A stretch of DNA of 64,000 bases from Eledone cirrhosa (lineage: Eukaryota), in assembly GCA_964016885.1 (NCBI GenBank), contig OZ024742.1, forward strand, positions 19,034,001-19,098,000, written 5' to 3'. Shown one piece after another: positions 56,701-64,000 of the stretch. A program made the position numbers and the translations under genes. The notes beneath the pieces are model-generated. The model saw only the letters and a list, made by a program, of their open reading frames with translations, was not told the origin of the DNA and did not search any database. Positions within the stretch are counted from its first letter, which is position 1. The number at the start of each line of letters is the position of its first letter.

Positions 56701-59700
56701 CTACGTTCTAACGACTCTGCCATTCTATCCTACGTTCTCACGACTCTGCCATTCTATCCTACGTTCTAACGACTCTGCCATTCTATCCTACGTTCTAATG
56801 ACTCTGCCATTCTATCCTACGTTCTAACGACTCTGCCATTCTATCCTACGTTCTATTGACTCTGCCATTCTATCCTACGTTCTAACGACTCTGCCATTCT
56901 ATCCTACGTTCTAACGACTCTGCCATTCTATCCTACGTTCTAATAACTCTGCCATTCTATTCAACGTTCTAACGACTCTGCTATTCTATCCTACGTTCTA
57001 ACGACTCTGCCATTCTATCCTACGTTCTAACGACTCTGCCATTCTATCCTACGTTCTCACGACTCTGCCATTCTATCCTACGTTCTAACGACTCTGCCAT
57101 TCTATCCTACGTTCTAATGACTCTGCCATTCTATCCTACGTTCTAACGACTCTGCCATTCTATCCTACGTTCTAATAACTCTGCCATTCTATTCAACGTT
57201 CTAACGACTCTGCCATTCTATCCTACGTTCTAATGACTCTGCCATTCTATCCTACGTTTTAACAACTCTGCCATTCTATCCTACGTTCTAACGACTCTGC
57301 CATTCTATCCTACGTTCTCACGACTCTGCCATTCTATCCTACGTTCTAATGACTCTGCCATTCTATCCTACGTTCTAACGACTCTGCCATTCTATCCTAC
57401 GTTCTAAAGACTCTGCCATTCTATCCTACGTTCTAACGACTCTGCCATTCTATCCTACGTTCTAACGACTCTGCCATTCTATCCTACGTTCTAATGACTC
57501 TGCCATTCTATCCTACGTTCTAACGACTCTGCCATTCTATCCTACGTTCTAACGACTCTGCCATTCTATCCTACGTTCTAACGACTCTGCCATTCTATCC
57601 TACGTTCTAACGACTCTGCCATTCTATCCTACGTTCTAATGACTCTGCCATTCTATCCTACGTTCTAACGACTCTGCCATTCTATCCTACGTTCTAACGA
57701 CTCTGCCATTCTATCCTACGTTCTAACGACTCTGCCATTCTATCCTACGTTCTAACGACTCTGCCAATCTATCCTACGTTCTCACAACTCTGCCATTCTA
57801 TCCTACGTTCTAACGACTCTGCCATTCTATCCTACGTTCTCTCGACTCTGCCATTCTATCCTACGTTCTAACGACTCTGCCATTCTATCCTACGTTCTAA
57901 CAACTCTGCCATTCTATCCTACGTTCTAACGACTCTGCCATTCTATCCTACGTTCTCTCGACTCTGCCATTCTATCCTACGTTCTAACGACTCTGCCATT
58001 CTATCCTACGTTCTAACAACTCTGCCATTCTATCCAACGTTCTAACGACTCTGCTATTCTATCCTACGTTCTAACGACTCTGCCATTCTATCCTACGTTC
58101 TAACAACTCTGCCATTCTATCCTACGTTCTAAGTCTCTGCCATTCTATCCGACATTCTAACAACTCTGCCATTCTATCCTACGTTCTAATGACTCTGCCA
58201 TTCTATCCTACGTTCTAACAACTCTGCCATTCTATCCTACGTTCTCACGACTCTGCCATTCTATCCTACGTTCTCACGACTCTGCCATTCTATCCTACGT
58301 TCTAACGACTCTGCCATTCTATCCTACGTTCTAATCACTCTGCCATTCTATCCTACGTTCTAACGACTCTGCCATTCTATCCTACGTTCTCACGACTCTG
58401 CCATTCTATCCTACGTTCTAACGACTCTGCCATTCTATCCAACGTTCTAACGACTCTGCTATTCTATCCAACGTTCTAACGACTCTGCTACTCTATTCAA
58501 CGTTCTAACGACTCTGCCATTCTATCCAACGTTCTAACGACTCTGCTATTCTATCCAACGTTCTAACGACTCTGCCATTCTATCCAACGTTCTAACGACT
58601 CTGCTATTCTATCCAACGTTCTAACGACTCTGCCATTCTATCCAACGTTCTAACGACTCTGCCATTCTATCCAACGTTCTAACGACTCTGCCATTCTATC
58701 CTACGTTCTAACAACTCTGCCATTCTATCCTACGTTCTAACGACTCTGCCATTCTATCCTACGTTCTAACGACTCTGCCATTCTATCCTACGTTCTAACA
58801 ACTCTGCCATTCTATCCTATGTTCTAACGACTCTGCTATTCTATCCTACGTTCTAATGACTCTGCCATTCTATCCGGCATTCTAACGACTCTGCCATTTT
58901 ATCCTACGTTCTAACGACTCCGCCATTCTATCCTACGTTCTAACGACTCTGCCATTCTATCCTACGTTCTCACGACTCTGCCATTCTATCCAACGTTCTA
59001 ACGACTCTGCTATTCTATCCAACGTTCTAACGACTCTGCCATTCTATCCAACGTTCTAACGACTCTGCTATTCTATCCAACGTTCTAACGACTCTGCCAT
59101 TCTATCCTACGTTCTAACGACTCTGCCATTCTATCCAACGTTCTAATGACTCTGCCATTCTATCCTACGTTCTAACGACTCTGCCATTCTATCCTACGTT
59201 CTAACAACTCTGCCATTCTATCCAACGTTCTAACGACTTTGCTATTCTATCCTACGTTCTAATGACTCTGCCATTCTATCCAACGTTCTAACGACTCTGC
59301 CATTCTATCCTACGTTCTAACGACTCTGCCATTCTATCCTACGTTCTAACGACTCTGCCATTCTATCCAACGTTCTAACGACTCTGCTATTCTATCCAAC
59401 GTTCTAACGACTCTGCCATTCTATCCAACGTTCTAACGACTCTGCCATTCTATCCAACGTTCTAACGACTCTGCTATTCTATCCAACGTTCTAACGACTC
59501 TGCTATTCTATCCAACGTTCTAACGACTCTGCCATTCTATCCTACGTTCTAACGACTCTGCCATTCTATCCTACGTTCTAACGACTCTGCCATTCTATCC
59601 AACGTTCTAACGACTCTGCCATTCTATCCAACGTTCTAACGACTCTGCTATTCTATCCAACGTTCTAACGACTCTGCTATTCTATCCAACGTTCTAACGA

Positions 59701-62700
59701 CTCTGCCATTCTATCCAACGTTCTAACGACTCTGCCATTGTATCCAACGTTCTAACGACTCTGCCATTCTATCCTACGTTCTAACGACTCTGCCATTCTA
59801 TCCTACGTTCTAACAACTCTGCCATTCTATCCTACGTTCTAACGACTCTGCCATTCTATCCTACGTTCTAATGACTCTGCCATTCTATCCTACGTTCTCA
59901 CGACTCTGCCATTCTATCCTACGTTTTAACAACTCTGCCATTCTATCCTACGTTCTAACGACTCTGCCATTCTATCCTACGTTCTCACGACTCTGCCATT
60001 CTATCCTACGTTCTAATGACTCTGCCATTCTATCCTACGTTCTAACGACTCTGCCATTCTATCCTACGTTCTAATGACTCTGCCATTCTATCCTACGTTC
60101 TAACGATTCTGCCATTCTATCCTACGTTCTAACGACTCTGCCATTCTATCCTACGTTCTAACGACTCTGCCATTCTATCCTACGTTCTAACGACTCTGCC
60201 ATTCTATCCTACGTTCTAATGACTCTGCCATTCTATCCTACGTTCTAAGAACTCTGCCATTCTATCCTACGTTCTAACGACTCTGCCATTCTATCCTACG
60301 TTCTAACGACTCTGCCAATCTATCCTACGTTCTCACGACTCTGCCATTCTATCCTACGTTCTAACGACTCTGCCATTTTATCCTACGTTCTAACGACTCT
60401 GCGATTCTATCCTACGTTCTAACGACTCTGCCATTCTATCCTACGTTCTAACGACTCAGCCATTCTATCCTACGTTCTAACGACTCTGCCATTCTATCCA
60501 ACGTTCTAACGACTCTGCTATTCTATCCAACGTTCTAACGACTCTGCCATTCTATCCTACGTTCTAACGACTCTGCCATTCTATCCTATGTTCTAACGAC
60601 TCTTCCATTCTATCCAACGTTCTAACGACTCTGCTATTCTATCCAACGTTCTAACGACTCTGCCATTCTATCCTACGTTCTAACGACTCTGCCATTCTAT
60701 CCTATGTTCTAACGACTCTTCCATTCTATCCTACGTTCTAATGACTCTGCCATTCTATCCGACATTCTAACGACTCTGCCATTCTATCCTACGTTCTAAC
60801 GACTCTGCCATTCTATCCTACGTTCTAACGACTCTGCCATTCTATCCTACGTTCTAACGACTCTGCCATTCTATCCAACGTTCTAACGACTCTGCCATTC
60901 TATCCAACGTTCTAACGACTCTGCCATTCTATCCTACGTTCTACCGACTCTGCCATTCTATCCTACGTTCTAACAACTCTGCCATTCTATCCTACGTTCT
61001 AACGACTCTGCCATTCTATCCTACGTTCTAACGACTCTGCCATTCTATCCTACGTTCTAACGACTCTGCCATTCTATCCTACGTTCTCACGACTCTGCCA
61101 TTCTATCCTACGTTCTAACGACTCTGCCATTCTATCCTACGTTCTAATGACTCTGCCATTCTATCCTACGTTCTAACGACTCTGCCATTCTATCCTACGT
61201 TCTATTGACTCTGCCATTCTATCCTACGTTCTAACGACTCTGCCATTCTATCCTACGTTCTAACGACTCTGCCATTCTATCCTACGTTCTAATAACTCTG
61301 CCATTCTATTCAACGTTCTAACGACTCTGCTATTCTATCCTACGTTCTAACGACTCTGCCATTCTATCCTACGTTCTAACGACTCTGCCATTCTATCCTA
61401 CGTTCTCACGACTCTGCCATTCTATCCTACGTTCTAACGACTCTGCCATTCTATCCTACGTTCTAATGACTCTGCCATTCTATCCTACGTTCTAACGACT
61501 CTGCCATTCTATCCTACGTTCTAATAACTCTGCCATTCTATTCAACGTTCTAACGACTCTGCCATTCTATCCTACGTTCTAATGACTCTGCCATTCTATC
61601 CTACGTTTTAACAACTCTGCCATTCTATCCTACGTTCTAACGACTCTGCCATTCTATCCTACGTTCTCACGACTCTGCCATTCTATCCTACGTTCTAATG
61701 ACTCTGCCATTCTATCCTACGTTCTAACGACTCTGCCATTCTATCCTACGTTCTAAAGACTCTGCCATTCTATCCTACGTTCTAACGACTCTGCCATTCT
61801 ATCCTACGTTCTAACGACTCTGCCATTCTATCCTACGTTCTAATGACTCTGCCATTCTATCCTACGTTCTAACGACTCTGCCATTCTATCCTACGTTCTA
61901 ACGACTCTGCCATTCTATCCTACGTTCTAACGACTCTGCCATTCTATCCTACGTTCTAACGACTCTGCCATTCTATCCTACGTTCTAATGACTCTGCCAT
62001 TCTATCCTACGTTCTAACGACTCTGCCATTCTATCCTACGTTCTAACGACTCTGCCATTCTATCCTACGTTCTAACGACTCTGCCATTCTATCCTACGTT
62101 CTAACGACTCTGCCAATCTATCCTACGTTCTCACAACTCTGCCATTCTATCCTACGTTCTAACGACTCTGCCATTCTATCCTACGTTCTCTCGACTCTGC
62201 CATTCTATCCTACGTTCTAACGACTCTGCCATTCTATCCTACGTTCTAACAACTCTGCCATTCTATCCTACGTTCTAACGACTCTGCCATTCTATCCTAC
62301 GTTCTCTCGACTCTGCCATTCTATCCTACGTTCTAACGACTCTGCCATTCTATCCTACGTTCTAACAACTCTGCCATTCTATCCAACGTTCTAACGACTC
62401 TGCTATTCTATCCTACGTTCTAACGACTCTGCCATTCTATCCTACGTTCTAACAACTCTGCCATTCTATCCTACGTTCTAAGTCTCTGCCATTCTATCCG
62501 ACATTCTAACAACTCTGCCATTCTATCCTACGTTCTAATGACTCTGCCATTCTATCCTACGTTCTAACAACTCTGCCATTCTATCCTACGTTCTCACGAC
62601 TCTGCCATTCTATCCTACGTTCTCACGACTCTGCCATTCTATCCTACGTTCTAACGACTCTGCCATTCTATCCTACGTTCTAATCACTCTGCCATTCTAT

Positions 62701-64000
62701 CCTACGTTCTAACGACTCTGCCATTCTATCCTACGTTCTCACGACTCTGCCATTCTATCCTACGTTCTAACAACTCTGCCATTCTATCCTACGTTCTAAC
62801 GACTCTTCCATTCTATCCTACGTTCTAATGACTCTGCCATTCTATCCGACATTCTAACGACTCTGCCATTCTATCATACGTTCTAACGACTCTGCCATTC
62901 TATCCTACGTTCTAACGACTCTGCCATTCTATCCAACGTTCTAACGACTCTGCTATTCTATCCAACGTTCTAACGACTCTGCTACTCTATTCAACGTTCT
63001 AACGACTCTGCCATTCTATCCAACGTTCTAACGACTCTGCTATTCTATCCAACGTTCTAACGACTCTGCCATTCTATCCAACGTTCTAACGACTCTGCTA
63101 TTCTATCCAACGTTCTAACGACTCTGCCATTCTATCCAACGTTCTAACGACTCTGCCATTCTATCCAACGTTCTAACGACTCTGCCATTCTATCCTACGT
63201 TCTAACAACTCTGCCATTCTATCCTACGTTCTAACGACTCTGCCATTCTATCCTACGTTCTAACGACTCTGCCATTCTATCCTACGTTCTAACAACTCTG
63301 CCATTCTATCCTATGTTCTAACGACTCTGCTATTCTATCCTACGTTCTAATGACTCTGCCATTCTATCCGGCATTCTAACGACTCTGCCATTTTATCCTA
63401 CGTTCTAACGACTCCGCCATTCTATCCTACGTTCTAACGACTCTGCCATTCTATCCTACGTTCTCACGACTCTGCCATTCTATCCAACGTTCTAACGACT
63501 CTGCTATTCTATCCAACGTTCTAACGACTCTGCCATTCTATCCAACGTTCTAACGACTCTGCTATTCTATCCAACGTTCTAACGACTCTGCCATTCTATC
63601 CTACGTTCTAACGACTCTGCCATTCTATCCAACGTTCTAATGACTCTGCCATTCTATCCTACGTTCTAACGACTCTGCCATTCTATCCTACGTTCTAACA
63701 ACTCTGCCATTCTATCCAACGTTCTAACGACTTTGCTATTCTATCCTACGTTCTAATGACTCTGCCATTCTATCCAACGTTCTAACGACTCTGCCATTCT
63801 ATCCTACGTTCTAACGACTCTGCCATTCTATCCTACGTTCTAACGACTCTGCCATTCTATCCAACGTTCTAACGACTCTGCTATTCTATCCAACGTTCTA
63901 ACGACTCTGCCATTCTATCCAACGTTCTAACGACTCTGCCATTCTATCCAACGTTCTAACGACTCTGCTATTCTATCCAACGTTCTAACGACTCTGCTAT
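14758..64000. repeat. 29-bp tandem satellite array, about 1,700 monomers, runs off window end
   Basis: Uninterrupted head-to-tail CATTCTATCCTACGTTCTAACGACTCTGC with mostly 0-2 substitutions per unit. The only indels I saw are +1 near 20494 and -1 near 53637, 58131 and 62480. Confidence 0.99.

Noticed and set aside
18779-60074. Seven near-identical 67-68 aa ORFs (MTLPFYPTFSRL...)
   Set aside because: Chance read-through where point variants create ATG and remove TAA in the satellite; they only mark duplicated blocks.
14758-64000. CRISPR array (29-bp repeat length)
   Set aside because: Repeats are directly adjacent with no unique spacers, no cas genes, eukaryotic context.
14758-64000. Telomeric repeat or encoded information in the variant order
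   Set aside because: No TTAGGG units; variant order is explained by in-register segmental duplications.

Overview
AT-rich, microsatellite-laden animal DNA; the SINE, RTE and Penelope repertoire suggests an octopus or other cephalopod (inference). The + strand carries three phase-compatible coding exons of a BTB-BACK-Kelch gene most like KLHL10 (1-928, 7570-7717, 11679-11848). The gene is incomplete at both ends of the window. Its introns hold tRNA-derived SINEs, RTE-LINE 3' ends with their non-autonomous partners, a deleted mariner with three terminal repeats, and a cluster of minimal type I hammerhead ribozyme motifs of the kind known from Penelope-like elements. Every intact-core hammerhead I found is antisense to the gene. 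From about 14758 to the window end (>49 kb, about 1,700 copies) lies a 29-bp satellite, CATTCTATCCTACGTTCTAACGACTCTGC. It grows directly out of the 5' head (Pol III A-box region) of a SINE, shows higher-order repeats of 2.1-8.4 kb, and appears to sit inside an intron of the KLHL10-like gene. All other ORFs in the track are repeat artefacts or transposon remnants.
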